Shown: one piece after another, positions 19,884 to 27,774 of the stretch | Numbering within the stretch: the first letter of the stretch is position 1 | Layout: each line of letters begins with the position of its first letter | NCBI GenBank assembly: GCA_036558325.1 | Contig: DATBFU010000062.1 | Coordinates: forward strand, 55,048 to 119,047 | From: Thermoanaerobaculia bacterium | GTDB lineage: Bacteria; Acidobacteriota; Thermoanaerobaculia; UBA5066; Gp7-AA6 | Length of the DNA stretch: 64,000 bases | Direction: 5' to 3' | Notes under the pieces: model-generated | Told to the model about the DNA's origin: nothing | Databases searched by the model: none | Seen by the model: the letters and a program-made list of their open reading frames with translations, nothing else | Made by a program: the position numbers and the translations under genes

Positions 19884-21500
19884 ATGGCCACGGCCGAGCC
19901 CCTTCCGACTGCCGACGCGGCTTTCGAATACGACGTGGTCGTGGCGGGCGGCGCGGTCGCGGGCGCGTCGACCGCGATTCTCCTGAAGCGCGGCCGGCCG
20001 GACCTGAAAGTCCTCGTCGTCGAGAAGACCGAGAAATTCGACTGGAAGGTCGGCGAGTCGACGGTCGAAGTCTCCGCATACTTCCTGACGCGCGTCCTCA
20101 AGCAGTGGGACCATCTTTCTCGCGAGCAGCTCCCCAAGCAGGCGTTCCGGTACTGGTTCGTCAACGACCGCGTCACGCGGCTTCGCGACGCATCGGAGAC
20201 GGGGCCGACGCAGCTCGCACGCACGCCGTCGTTCCAGCTCGATCGCTCGAAGCTCGACGAGCACCTGCTGAAGGTCGCCCGCGATGAGGGCTGCGAAGTC
20301 TGGCGTCCGGCGAAGCTCGCAGCCTGGGAGCTCGGCGGGACGGACGGCAACTCGCTGACGGTCGAGAAGAGCGACGGCTCGCGCCACAACGTGCGGTGCC
20401 GGTGGCTCGTCGACGCCACGGGGCGGCAGGCGATGCTCGCGCGCAAGCGCGGCGGCGTGACGCCGATCGAGTCGCACCCGACGGCCGCGATCTGGATGCG
20501 CTACCGCAACGTCCGCGACATGGACGGCGTCGCGGTCGCCGGAACCGATCCGGGCGATCCCTGGGCGCGCGCGGTGATCGCCCCGCGGCGCCTCGCCACG
20601 AACCACTTCAACGGCTGGGGCTACTGGATCTGGTTCATCCCGCTGAACGAAGGCGAGACGAGCGTCGGTCTCGTCTGGGACAGGCGCCTCCTCGATCCCC
20701 CGGGAAAGATGCCCTTCGAGCGGCTGACGCGGTTCCTCGACTCGAACCCGCTGACGCGCGAGCTGCTCGTGGGCGCCGAGCCGATCGAGAGCGATTGCCG
20801 CTACTACGCGCACCTGCCCTACTTCGTCGACCGGTTCATCGGAGCGGGCTGGGCGTGCGTCGGAGACGCCGGCGGCTTTCTCGACCCCTTCTATTCACCG
20901 GGGCTCGACCAGATGTCGTTCTCCGTGTGGACACGCACGCGCCTGATTCTCCAGGCGCTCGGAGGTGCAACGCCCGAGAAGATGGAGAAGGAGTACGCCG
21001 AGCACAACCGGCGCTACGACCGGTACTTCAAGTTCTTCTACGAGTCGATCTATCGTGACAAGTACTACGTCATGGGCGATTACGACACCATGACGATCGC
21101 GTTCCTGCTCGACACGGCGCTCTATTATTTCGCCGCGATCACCCCAATCTATCGCTGGTCGCACGAGCGCCTCGGTGTTCCGCCGTTCTTCGAGGACGGC
21201 GCCGAGATTGGCTACTACCCGATCCGTTTCTACAACCGGCGCCTGGTCAAGATCGCGCAACGAAAGATGAAGCTCGGCATCTACGGAAACCACAACGCCG
21301 GACGCCGGCCGAAGTTCGTCGGGTTCTCCGTGCGGTCGGCGCGCTGGGTCATGCTCTTCCATGGGCTGCTGCGGTGGGCGAAGGCCGAGCTCGCACACGC
21401 CTGGACGTACGTCGTGCGCCCGCGCCCGATCGCGAAGCCCGCCGCCGGACCGGACGCCGCCGCGCCCCCGCATCCCCGCCTCTCGACGCAGGACTCTTGA
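19884..21500 (+). CDS. FAD-dependent oxidoreductase, flavin-dependent halogenase-like
   Basis: The ATG at 19884 follows the CRTAC1 stop with an 8-nt intergenic gap. Motifs are GxGxxG (VVVAGGAVAGAS), WKVGES (candidate Lys55), WxWxIP (WIWFIP, nt 20625-20642) and FxxPxxSxG (FLDPFYSPG). 538 aa. Confidence 0.8.
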   Translation: MATAEPLPTADAAFEYDVVVAGGAVAGASTAILLKRGRPDLKVLVVEKTEKFDWKVGESTVEVSAYFLTRVLKQWDHLSREQLPKQAFRYWFVNDRVTRLRDASETGPTQLARTPSFQLDRSKLDEHLLKVARDEGCEVWRPAKLAAWELGGTDGNSLTVEKSDGSRHNVRCRWLVDATGRQAMLARKRGGVTPIESHPTAAIWMRYRNVRDMDGVAVAGTDPGDPWARAVIAPRRLATNHFNGWGYWIWFIPLNEGETSVGLVWDRRLLDPPGKMPFERLTRFLDSNPLTRELLVGAEPIESDCRYYAHLPYFVDRFIGAGWACVGDAGGFLDPFYSPGLDQMSFSVWTRTRLILQALGGATPEKMEKEYAEHNRRYDRYFKFFYESIYRDKYYVMGDYDTMTIAFLLDTALYYFAAITPIYRWSHERLGVPPFFEDGAEIGYYPIRFYNRRLVKIAQRKMKLGIYGNHNAGRRPKFVGFSVRSARWVMLFHGLLRWAKAELAHAWTYVVRPRPIAKPAAGPDAAAPPHPRLSTQDS

Positions 21501-22288
21501 CGCGGCCCGTCGCGGTCGTCACCGGAGCATCGAGCGGACTCGGTCTCGAGCTCGCGACGATCGCGGCACGGGATGGGCACGACCTCGTCCTCGTCGCGCG
21601 CCGGCGCGACCGGCTCGAGAACATCGGGAAGGGTCTGCGCGAGGAGTTCGGCGCCGGCGTCACGGTCATCGCGCGGGATCTGTCGGAGACCGAGGCGCCG
21701 CGCGTCGTCGCGCAGGAAGTCGAGGCGCGCGGCTTGCCGGTGGATCTGCTCGTCAACAACGCGGGGTTCGGCGTTCACGGACCGTTCGCGGAGACGCCGT
21801 TCGACCGGGAGCTCGGGATGATCCGCGTCAACATCGTGGCGCTGACCGAGCTCACGAAACGCCTGCTGCCCGGAATGCTCGCGCGCGGCCGGGGCCGAAT
21901 CCTGAACCTCGCATCGACCGCCGCGTTTCAGCCGGGACCCCTCATGGCCGTCTACTACGCGTCGAAGGCATACGTCCTCTCGTTCTCGGAAGCGCTCGCG
22001 AGCGAGGTCGCGGGATCGGGCGTGACCGTCACGGCCCTCTGCCCCGGACCCACGCGCACGGAGTTCGGAAAGGCCGCCGGGATGCTCGAGACGCGGCTCT
22101 TCCGCAGCCCGCTCGTCAAGGACGCGCGGTGGGTGGCCGAAGCCGGATATCGGGGCATGAAGCGCGGCCGGCGCGTCGTGATTCCGGGCATCGGGAACCG
22201 GATCCTCGCGGAGGCCGTCCGCTTCGCGCCGCGGCGGCTCGTGACGGCGATCTCGCGCGCCGTCCAGGAGACGCGGGGGAAGAGGTAG
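21497..22288 (+). CDS. short-chain dehydrogenase/reductase (SDR) family oxidoreductase
   Basis: TTG at 21497 overlaps the halogenase-like stop (TTGA). Motifs are TGASSGLG, NNAG and YYASKAYV (canonical YxxxK). 263 aa. Confidence 0.85.
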   Translation: MTRPVAVVTGASSGLGLELATIAARDGHDLVLVARRRDRLENIGKGLREEFGAGVTVIARDLSETEAPRVVAQEVEARGLPVDLLVNNAGFGVHGPFAETPFDRELGMIRVNIVALTELTKRLLPGMLARGRGRILNLASTAAFQPGPLMAVYYASKAYVLSFSEALASEVAGSGVTVTALCPGPTRTEFGKAAGMLETRLFRSPLVKDARWVAEAGYRGMKRGRRVVIPGIGNRILAEAVRFAPRRLVTAISRAVQETRGKR

Positions 22289-22362
22289 GAGTCCGTCCGG
22301 CTCTCAGGCTGTAATCTCGAAATCGGAAGGCTTTGAGGCAGCGGCGGCGCCGCCGGCGAGGA

Positions 22363-22402
22363 AGCTCGGGATCCCTCGTCGAAGACTCCTCGGGATGACA
22401 GC
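22363..22402. repeat. REP-like intergenic element, copy B
   Basis: AGCTCGGGATCCCTCG-N10-CTCGGGATGACAGC has the same two blocks as copy A. It is followed by a CCCTCT...AGAGGG hairpin (about 22425-22450) and lies upstream of the tRNA-Ser(UGA) array. Confidence 0.55.
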
Positions 22403-22467
22403 CGATAGGAAGCCCCTCAACCCGACCCTCTCCCCTCACGGGAAGAGGGGGCTCTCACCGAGTCGTG

Positions 22468-22776
22468 TCGTCCAAACTGAAACGCCGGAGGAGTGGCCGA
22501 GCGGTTTGCATCGAGGCCCGGCGACAGCCGGGCCGACAAGCGGCGGGTCCGCCCGCCACTTACGCGGCAGTCCGAAGGCTGCCGCCTCGCCGGAACGGTC
22601 TCACGGAGCCTCTCGTCTAAACTGAGACAACGGAGGAGTGGCCGAGCGGTTTGTACCGAGGCCCGGCGACAGCCGGGCCGACAAGCGGCGGGTCCGCCCG
22701 CCGCTTACGCGGCAGTCCGAAGGCTGCCGCCTCGCCGGAACGGTCTCACGGAGCCTCTCGTCTAAACTGAGACAAC
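22468..22776 (+). repeat. two 145-bp tandem units (22468-22612, 22613-22757) plus a third leader; each is leader + first 21 nt of tRNA-Ser(UGA) + about 105 nt forming three GC-rich hairpins (tRNA-derived structured element / candidate ncRNA)
   Basis: GGAGGAGTGGCCGAGCGGTTT starts at 22487, 22632 and 22777 (exact 145-nt period). The units differ at only a few positions. In unit 2 the hairpins are 22660-22679 (8 bp, GACA loop), 22683-22706 (10 bp, TCCG loop) and 22709-22730 (9 bp, CGAA loop). The units have no T arm and no acceptor 3' strand. Confidence 0.85.
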
Positions 22777-22866
22777 GGAGGAGTGGCCGAGCGGTTTAAG
22801 GCGGCAGTCTTGAAAACTGCTGTGCTGGTGACAGCACCGAAGGTTCGAATCCTTCCTCCTCCGCCA
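22777..22866 (+). tRNA. tRNA-Ser (anticodon UGA)
   Basis: The sequence is GGAGGAGTGGCCGAGCGGTTTAAGGCGGCAGTCTTGAAAACTGCTGTGCTGGTGACAGCACCGAAGGTTCGAATCCTTCCTCCTCCGCCA. It has an acceptor stem GGAGGAG/CTCCTCC, an anticodon arm GCAGT-CTTGAAA-ACTGC, a long variable arm, a T arm GAAGG-TTCGAAT-CCTTC and an encoded CCA. Confidence 0.93.
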
Positions 22867-22888
22867 CTCGGACCGAGGGTTCCTCCGC

Positions 22889-23320
22889 TCAGACTCGTCG
22901 AGGCCGACGTTTCTTCCGCCGCGCGCGGACGACGGCCCCGGAGGCGGGTGCCCCGCATCCAGCCGCCGAGAGCACGCGGCGAAGGCTCGTGAGGAGTCTT
23001 CGCGGGTCGATCGGCTTCGCCACCATCGCCCGGGCCTGAGCCAGCTCCGTGTCCGTCCAACCGGTCATGAGAACGAGAGGAACCTTCGAGAGGCTCGGGT
23101 TATCGCGATGACGCTCGAGAAACTCCCATCCGGTGACGCCGGGCATCATCAGATCGAGGAGGATGACACAGGGCTTTCGCCGGCCGCGCAGCCGTCGAAG
23201 CGCGCTCGTTCCGTTCGATTCCCGCCAGGTCTTGAACCCATTCTCCCGAAGCATGCCCGCCACGGCGGTTCGGGTGAACGGGTCGTCCTCCACCACCAGA
23301 ATCGCGTGCTCGTGGGACAT
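22889..23320 (-). CDS. single-domain response regulator (CheY-like receiver) with basic C-terminal tail
   Basis: 143 aa. ILVVEDDP, the phospho-acceptor context VILLDLMMPG, LVLMTGW and VAKPID are present. The tail is RARRKKRRPRRV. No adjacent histidine kinase is present. Confidence 0.85.
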   Translation of the reverse strand: MSHEHAILVVEDDPFTRTAVAGMLRENGFKTWRESNGTSALRRLRGRRKPCVILLDLMMPGVTGWEFLERHRDNPSLSKVPLVLMTGWTDTELAQARAMVAKPIDPRRLLTSLRRVLSAAGCGAPASGAVVRARRKKRRPRRV

Positions 23321-23395
23321 CGACGAGCCTCCGGCGCGAAGTGAAGCAACCGGCGTGCCGTCGCCCGAAAGCGGCCCATCCGGGGCCGAAGTGTC

Positions 23396-26300
23396 CTACG
23401 GACCGTACAGAACGAGCTTGAAAGCGTTCGTCAGGAACTTCGACATCTCGTCCCGGGCCACGTCGGTCGTCGGGCAGTACTGATTCCCCGGACAGCCCTG
23501 AATGATGCCCTTCGCCCAGAGGAAGTGCACGTGCTTGCAGAACGGATCCGAGACCGAGACGTCGGCGAAAAAGAGGTTCGGATTCGCGGGATCGCAGGAG
23601 TACGAGAGTCCCGTCACCGGATCGGGTCCGTAGGTCAGCGGGACGGCCGCGCCGCCGGCCGGCGCCACGATCGCCTTCGCGATGAAGATTCCCATCTCGG
23701 CGCGCGTGATGTTGTCGGCCCCGCAGTAGCGGCCGGGCGAGCATCCCGCCGTCACGTTCTGCACGGCGATGTAGTGCACGCTCTTGCAGAAGATGTCCGT
23801 CGGCTTCACGTCGCTGAAGAGTGAGACGCCGCCCGCCGTGCAGTTGTAGGGCTGGCCGTTCCAGACGCCGGACGTCGGCACGTTGCCGCCGCCTTTGGCG
23901 ATGCCGCGCGCGATGAAGATCGCCATCTGAGAGCGCGGCACCTTCTGCGTCGGGCAGTAGTCGACCGGATTGCATCCGACGGTGATGAGGTTGTGGTAGA
24001 TCGTCTCGATCTTCTTGTAGAACGGATACGACCGCGGCACGTCCTCGAAGCTGTCGCCCAGGTGCAGTGTCCAGACCTTCGGGGCTGTCGTCGGGTGGTT
24101 TAGCGTTTCGGTGATCGTCATGTCCCAGTGCGCCGCCGGCCGCGGTCCGGACGCCGCTGCGAAGACGGCGTAGGGATCCGGCGCGCACGTTACGGACGCT
24201 CCCGCCCCGACGACTCCGTACGCCGCGACTGCGTCCGCGATCGTGTAGACGCCGCCCGCGGGGCCCGCCGGTGCGGAGGCGTCGCCGTTGAGGTCGTAGG
24301 AAGAGCCTCCGGTGTCCTTCCAGTAGGGATCGACGAGCACGGTCTCGTTCGGCTCGAAAACGCCATTTCCGTCGCTGCCCGCGCCGGCCGACGGATCCAC
24401 GTCGAGCGCCGTCGGGATGAAAGCCGCCGGAGGCGTCGGCGTTGCGGTGGGCGTCACCGTCGGCGTCGCGGTCGGAGTTGCCGCCGGCACTGTCGGCGTC
24501 GCGGTCGGCGTCGCGGTCGGCGTCGGCGTGAATGTCGGCGTCGTGGTCGCCGAGGGCGTCGCGGTTGGCGTCCGCGTGGACGTGGCCGTCGCTGTCGCGG
24601 TGGGCGTGGCCGTCGGCGTCGGAGTCGATGTCGGAGTCGACGTCGCCGTGGGCGGTACGGGCGTCGCGGTCGCGGACGGGGTCGTCGTGGCCGTCGGCGT
24701 CGCCGTGGCCGTCGGCGGATCCGGCGTCGGCGTGAACGTCGGAGTGGCGGTTGCCGTCGCGGTGAACGTCGGCGTCTGGGTCGGCGAAGCCGAGGGCGTG
24801 AACGTCGGCGTCGAAGTCGGCGTGGCGGTAAGAGTCGGCGTTGCCGTCGCCGTTGGAGTCGCCGTCGCGGTGAACGTCGGCGTCTGAGTCGGCGACGGTG
24901 TGATCGTCGGCGTCGACGTGAAGGTCGGCGTGTTCGTCGGAGTCGCCGTCGCGGTCGCCGTGGCCGTCGGAGTCGCCGTCGCGGTGAACGTCGGCGTCGC
25001 GGTGGCGGTCGGAGTGAACGTCGGCGTCTGAGTCGGCGACGGTGTGATCGTCGGCGTCGACGTGAAGGTCGGCGTGCTCGTCGGAGTCGCCGTCGCGGTC
25101 GCCGTGGGCGTCGGAGTCGCCGTCGCGGTGAACGTCGGCGTGCTCGTCGGAGTCGCCGTGGCGGTGAACGTCGGCGTCGCGGTGGCCGTCGGAGTGAACG
25201 TCGGCGTCTGAGTCGGCGAAGGCGTGATCGTCGGCGTCGACGTGAAGGTCGGGGTGCTCGTCGGAGTCGCCGTCGCGGTCGCCGTGGCCGTCGGAGTCGC
25301 CGTCGCGGTGAACGTCGGCGTCCTGGTCGGCGTGGAAGTCGCCGTCGCCGTCCACGTGGGCGTCAGAGTCGGTGTCGAAGTCGGCGGAATTGGAGTCGGC
25401 GTCGCGGTAAAGGTCGCTGTCGCCGTCGGCGTCGATGTGAACGTCGGCGTTCGGGTCGGCGTCGCGGTAAAGGTCGCTGTCGCCGTTGGCGTCGCCGTAA
25501 ACGTCGGCGTTCGGGTCGGCGTCGCGGTAAAGGTCGCTGTCGCCGTCGGGGTCGGGGTAGATGTCGGCGTCCGCGTGGATGTCGGAGTGGAAGTCGCCGT
25601 GGGGGTCGAGGTCGGAGTCGGCGTCGGAGGCGCGCAGGCCGCACCCGAGCCCGCGCCAGGAATCTGTCCCGACGTCACGGCCGAGCTCGAAGTTCCGTCG
25701 GCGCCGGCCGTGGCTCCGTACGCCACCTGATCCGTCGTCGTCGTCCCGCTGGCGCCGCCCGAAACGTCCGCCGAGGCCGTAAGGCTCGACAGGAGGATGA
25801 CGCCGCCCCCGCCGCCGCCGCCGGGGCCGTGGTAGTTGCAGGACCCTCCGCCGGGACAGCCCGTCCCGGGCGCCTGCAAGGGCCAGCCGTCTCCCCCGCG
25901 GCCGCCATGCGCGGCGACGGAGAGACCCGAGAGCGTGCCGGAGACCGTCGTGACGACGACGGTCCCGCCGGCGCCGCCGCCGCCCGCCGCGTCGCTCGCG
26001 GCGCTCTGTCCGTTCGCGCCGTTGGCGGTGATCGTGCCCGTTCCCGACACGGTTCCCGCCCGCACCAGGACGAGACCTCCTCCGGCGCCGCCGCTTGCCG
26101 CGATGCCGGAATCGTTGTTGCGCGTCCCGGCGCCGCCGCCGCCACCGAGGATCACGACGGCCGCCGTCGCCGAGAACGACGCGCCTCCGAATCCGCCGCG
26201 GGCCAGGTCCGTGTCCCAGGTGTTTCCGCCCTGCCCGCCGATGCCGCCGTTGCCTCCGCCGCCTCCGCCGGAGTTCCGGTCGTTCTGGCTGGTTCGGCCA

Positions 26301-27151
26301 TCCGTTCCGCCGCCGCCCGCGTTTCCGGGAGCGCCGCGGGCCATGCTGCCGTTCGGATATCCCTCGGCGCCCGTCGAGATGACCGTCGAAGTGGAGGGAT
26401 CGAGGACGAATGCGGGCGTCCCGGCGATTCCCTCGCCTTTTCCGCCGTGGTAGTCGGAAGTCGACTGGGAGCGGTAATCCGAGGTGCTGCCGCCGCTGTC
26501 GCCGTTCAGGGTCCGGCCGCCGGCGCCGCGGAACCCGGTGCCGTCCACGCTGACGGTCGCTCCGCCGAGCGTGAGGACGCCGGAGACGTCGATCGCGAGA
26601 ATGCCGCCCGTCGTGCCGTTCCACCATCCCGCGGTCAGCCCCGACCCGAGCGTCGCGCTCGAATATTGCGGAACACGCACGACCTGGAACCGCCGCTGCC
26701 CCCTCGTCGTCGTCGCGGCCGCGTTCGAATAGGCGTTCAGGAGCCCGCCGGCGGTTCCCGCGCCGACGACCGCCACCGTCCCGCCAGCCAGCGTCAGGCC
26801 GCTCGTCGCCTCGACGTACTCGTAGAGTCCCGAGCCGTTCCAATTGGTCGATCCGCGGCCGGGGTCTCCCGCCACGCCGTCTCCATAGGACGAGGTGTTG
26901 TTCGAGTTGATCTCCGCGTCCTGCATCTGGATCACCAGGAGCAGGTCGCCCGAGGCGATTGCCTTCGAAGCGCCGGTCGCGGCCCCCACCGTGATCGAGG
27001 ACGCGCCTGCCGCCACCGAAGCCGTGCCCGGGTAGTAAGTGTTCACGACACCAGTCAGGGTCCCCGCGGCGCCGTCCTTTCCCGGCGTCGCGCACACCTG
27101 TCCGCTCGCCGCTCGTGCTGAGACAAGAGAGACAGCCACCGCACACAGCAC
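23396..27151 (-). CDS. large cell-surface protein: Gly-rich beta-helix-like N-terminal region, about 400-aa Pro/Thr linker, three C-terminal SLH-like domains
   Basis: 1251 aa with a GTG start and hydrophobic leader [17 protein letters not shown]. Poly-Gly tracts occur ([26 protein letters not shown]). A PT-rich region spans aa about 508-908. Three SLH-like repeats occur, e.g. [50 protein letters not shown]. The exact start is uncertain because an in-frame RRLRP n-region lies upstream without a canonical start codon. Confidence 0.85.
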   Translation of the reverse strand: MLCAVAVSLVSARAASGQVCATPGKDGAAGTLTGVVNTYYPGTASVAAGASSITVGAATGASKAIASGDLLLVIQMQDAEINSNNTSSYGDGVAGDPGRGSTNWNGSGLYEYVEATSGLTLAGGTVAVVGAGTAGGLLNAYSNAAATTTRGQRRFQVVRVPQYSSATLGSGLTAGWWNGTTGGILAIDVSGVLTLGGATVSVDGTGFRGAGGRTLNGDSGGSTSDYRSQSTSDYHGGKGEGIAGTPAFVLDPSTSTVISTGAEGYPNGSMARGAPGNAGGGGTDGRTSQNDRNSGGGGGGNGGIGGQGGNTWDTDLARGGFGGASFSATAAVVILGGGGGAGTRNNDSGIAASGGAGGGLVLVRAGTVSGTGTITANGANGQSAASDAAGGGGAGGTVVVTTVSGTLSGLSVAAHGGRGGDGWPLQAPGTGCPGGGSCNYHGPGGGGGGGVILLSSLTASADVSGGASGTTTTDQVAYGATAGADGTSSSAVTSGQIPGAGSGAACAPPTPTPTSTPTATSTPTSTRTPTSTPTPTATATFTATPTRTPTFTATPTATATFTATPTRTPTFTSTPTATATFTATPTPIPPTSTPTLTPTWTATATSTPTRTPTFTATATPTATATATATPTSTPTFTSTPTITPSPTQTPTFTPTATATPTFTATATPTSTPTFTATATPTPTATATATPTSTPTFTSTPTITPSPTQTPTFTPTATATPTFTATATPTATATATATPTNTPTFTSTPTITPSPTQTPTFTATATPTATATPTLTATPTSTPTFTPSASPTQTPTFTATATATPTFTPTPDPPTATATPTATTTPSATATPVPPTATSTPTSTPTPTATPTATATATSTRTPTATPSATTTPTFTPTPTATPTATPTVPAATPTATPTVTPTATPTPPAAFIPTALDVDPSAGAGSDGNGVFEPNETVLVDPYWKDTGGSSYDLNGDASAPAGPAGGVYTIADAVAAYGVVGAGASVTCAPDPYAVFAAASGPRPAAHWDMTITETLNHPTTAPKVWTLHLGDSFEDVPRSYPFYKKIETIYHNLITVGCNPVDYCPTQKVPRSQMAIFIARGIAKGGGNVPTSGVWNGQPYNCTAGGVSLFSDVKPTDIFCKSVHYIAVQNVTAGCSPGRYCGADNITRAEMGIFIAKAIVAPAGGAAVPLTYGPDPVTGLSYSCDPANPNLFFADVSVSDPFCKHVHFLWAKGIIQGCPGNQYCPTTDVARDEMSKFLTNAFKLVLYGP
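24428..25630 (-). repeat. low-complexity coding repeat (Pro/Thr linker) with higher-order 144-180 bp units
   Basis: The plus strand is dominated by GTCGGCGTC/GTGAACGTCGGCGT motifs. The string GTGAACGTCGGCGTCTGAGTCGGCGA recurs at 24870, 25014 and 25194 with near-identical flanks. Confidence 0.85.
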
Positions 27152-27214
27152 AGCGTGCGCACAGGACGGCCGGAGCCGCCGGCGGATCGGAGCTAGACTA
27201 GGAATTTGTTGTAC

Positions 27215-27243
27215 ATTATAAGTACAAACTTCTCCCAGGACAA
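27215..27243 (-). promoter_or_regulatory. candidate sigma70-type promoter of the SLH surface-protein gene
   Basis: On the minus strand, TTGTCC (27243-27238), a 17-nt spacer and TATAAT (27220-27215) lie 64 nt upstream of the GTG at 27151, in a low-GC stretch. The -10 box sits in the spacer of the inverted repeat TTGTAC-N7-GTACAA (27209-27227). Confidence 0.4.
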
Positions 27244-27312
27244 GCTCCAGGAATTTCCGACTGTCTCAGGCGCGGAATCGCCGAGACACAAGGAATCGGG
27301 AGAGACCGGTCG

Positions 27313-27705
27313 TCAGCCCGACTTGCGTTCGGTCTTCGGCGCGGCTTCGGGCGCCGTGGCCGCGCCGAGGCGCGCGTGCCGGCGTTCCTCGTAGCGCCGC
27401 ATGGCCTGGATGGCCACGAGGCAGGCTCGGGCCATCGCAACGGTCATGGTCGGGGACCGATGCTGACCGAGGGTCACCAGCGGCGTCGCGGACGGCCGGC
27501 CCGGGCATTGCCAGGTGGCCGTGTAGCCCCACTGATCCTCCGTCAGCACGAACTTCCAGTCCGGATAGAGCTGCCGGACCTTCCGCACCACCTGCTCCGC
27601 CGCGGCCCGATCCGCGGAATACCTCGGAACCACGGTGCCCGAATGACGCCCGAAGATCTCCTCGTCGATCTGAAAGTCGAGCCTCCGGAAGCCTGCGGTT
27701 TGCAT
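27313..27705 (-). CDS. hypothetical protein
   Basis: 130-aa ORF with protein-like composition and GC-rich third positions. I recognised no family with confidence, only a faint resemblance to small phage-type sandwich-domain proteins. Confidence 0.5.
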   Translation of the reverse strand: MQTAGFRRLDFQIDEEIFGRHSGTVVPRYSADRAAAEQVVRKVRQLYPDWKFVLTEDQWGYTATWQCPGRPSATPLVTLGQHRSPTMTVAMARACLVAIQAMRRYEERRHARLGAATAPEAAPKTERKSG

Positions 27706-27774
27706 GACGCGTCCCGGGTCGGGATCTTAGCAGCTTCGTCCGGTCACGAAGGTGGTCGGCATCTGGGACAGGTT

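Noticed and set aside
22395-22765. 76-aa and 90-aa plus-strand ORFs across the tRNA-linked repeats
   Set aside because: They are generated by the repeat itself, with Arg/Pro/Ala-rich and duplicated peptide text. They overlap tRNA-like sequence and have no ribosome-binding site.
22487-22776. The two upstream tRNA-like copies as functional tRNA-Ser genes, or as attL/attR scars of an integrated element
   Set aside because: They lack a T arm (no GGTTCGAATCC-like loop) and any 3' strand able to pair with GGAGGAG, so they cannot fold as tRNAs. Integrase-mediated insertion normally duplicates the tRNA 3' end, whereas here the 5' end is repeated in strict tandem. No integrase or mobile genes are nearby. 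They are kept as a structured-repeat finding instead.
24428-25630. Possible CRISPR array or other spacer-repeat structure in the highly repetitive GTCGGCGTC region (and in the heptamer arrays at 49712 and 54149)
   Set aside because: There are no unique spacers of 25-40 nt between conserved repeats. The first region is in-frame coding low complexity (a PT linker) and the others are 7-nt microsatellites. No cas genes are present.
23100-27146. 1348-aa and 997-aa ORFs (23100-27146 minus strand, 24128-27121 plus strand) overlapping the surface-protein gene
   Set aside because: Their translations are runs of R/G/D/H or R/G/E. These mirror the Pro/Thr and Gly codon repeats of the real frame (23396-27151), which alone has a signal peptide, domain structure and SLH repeats.
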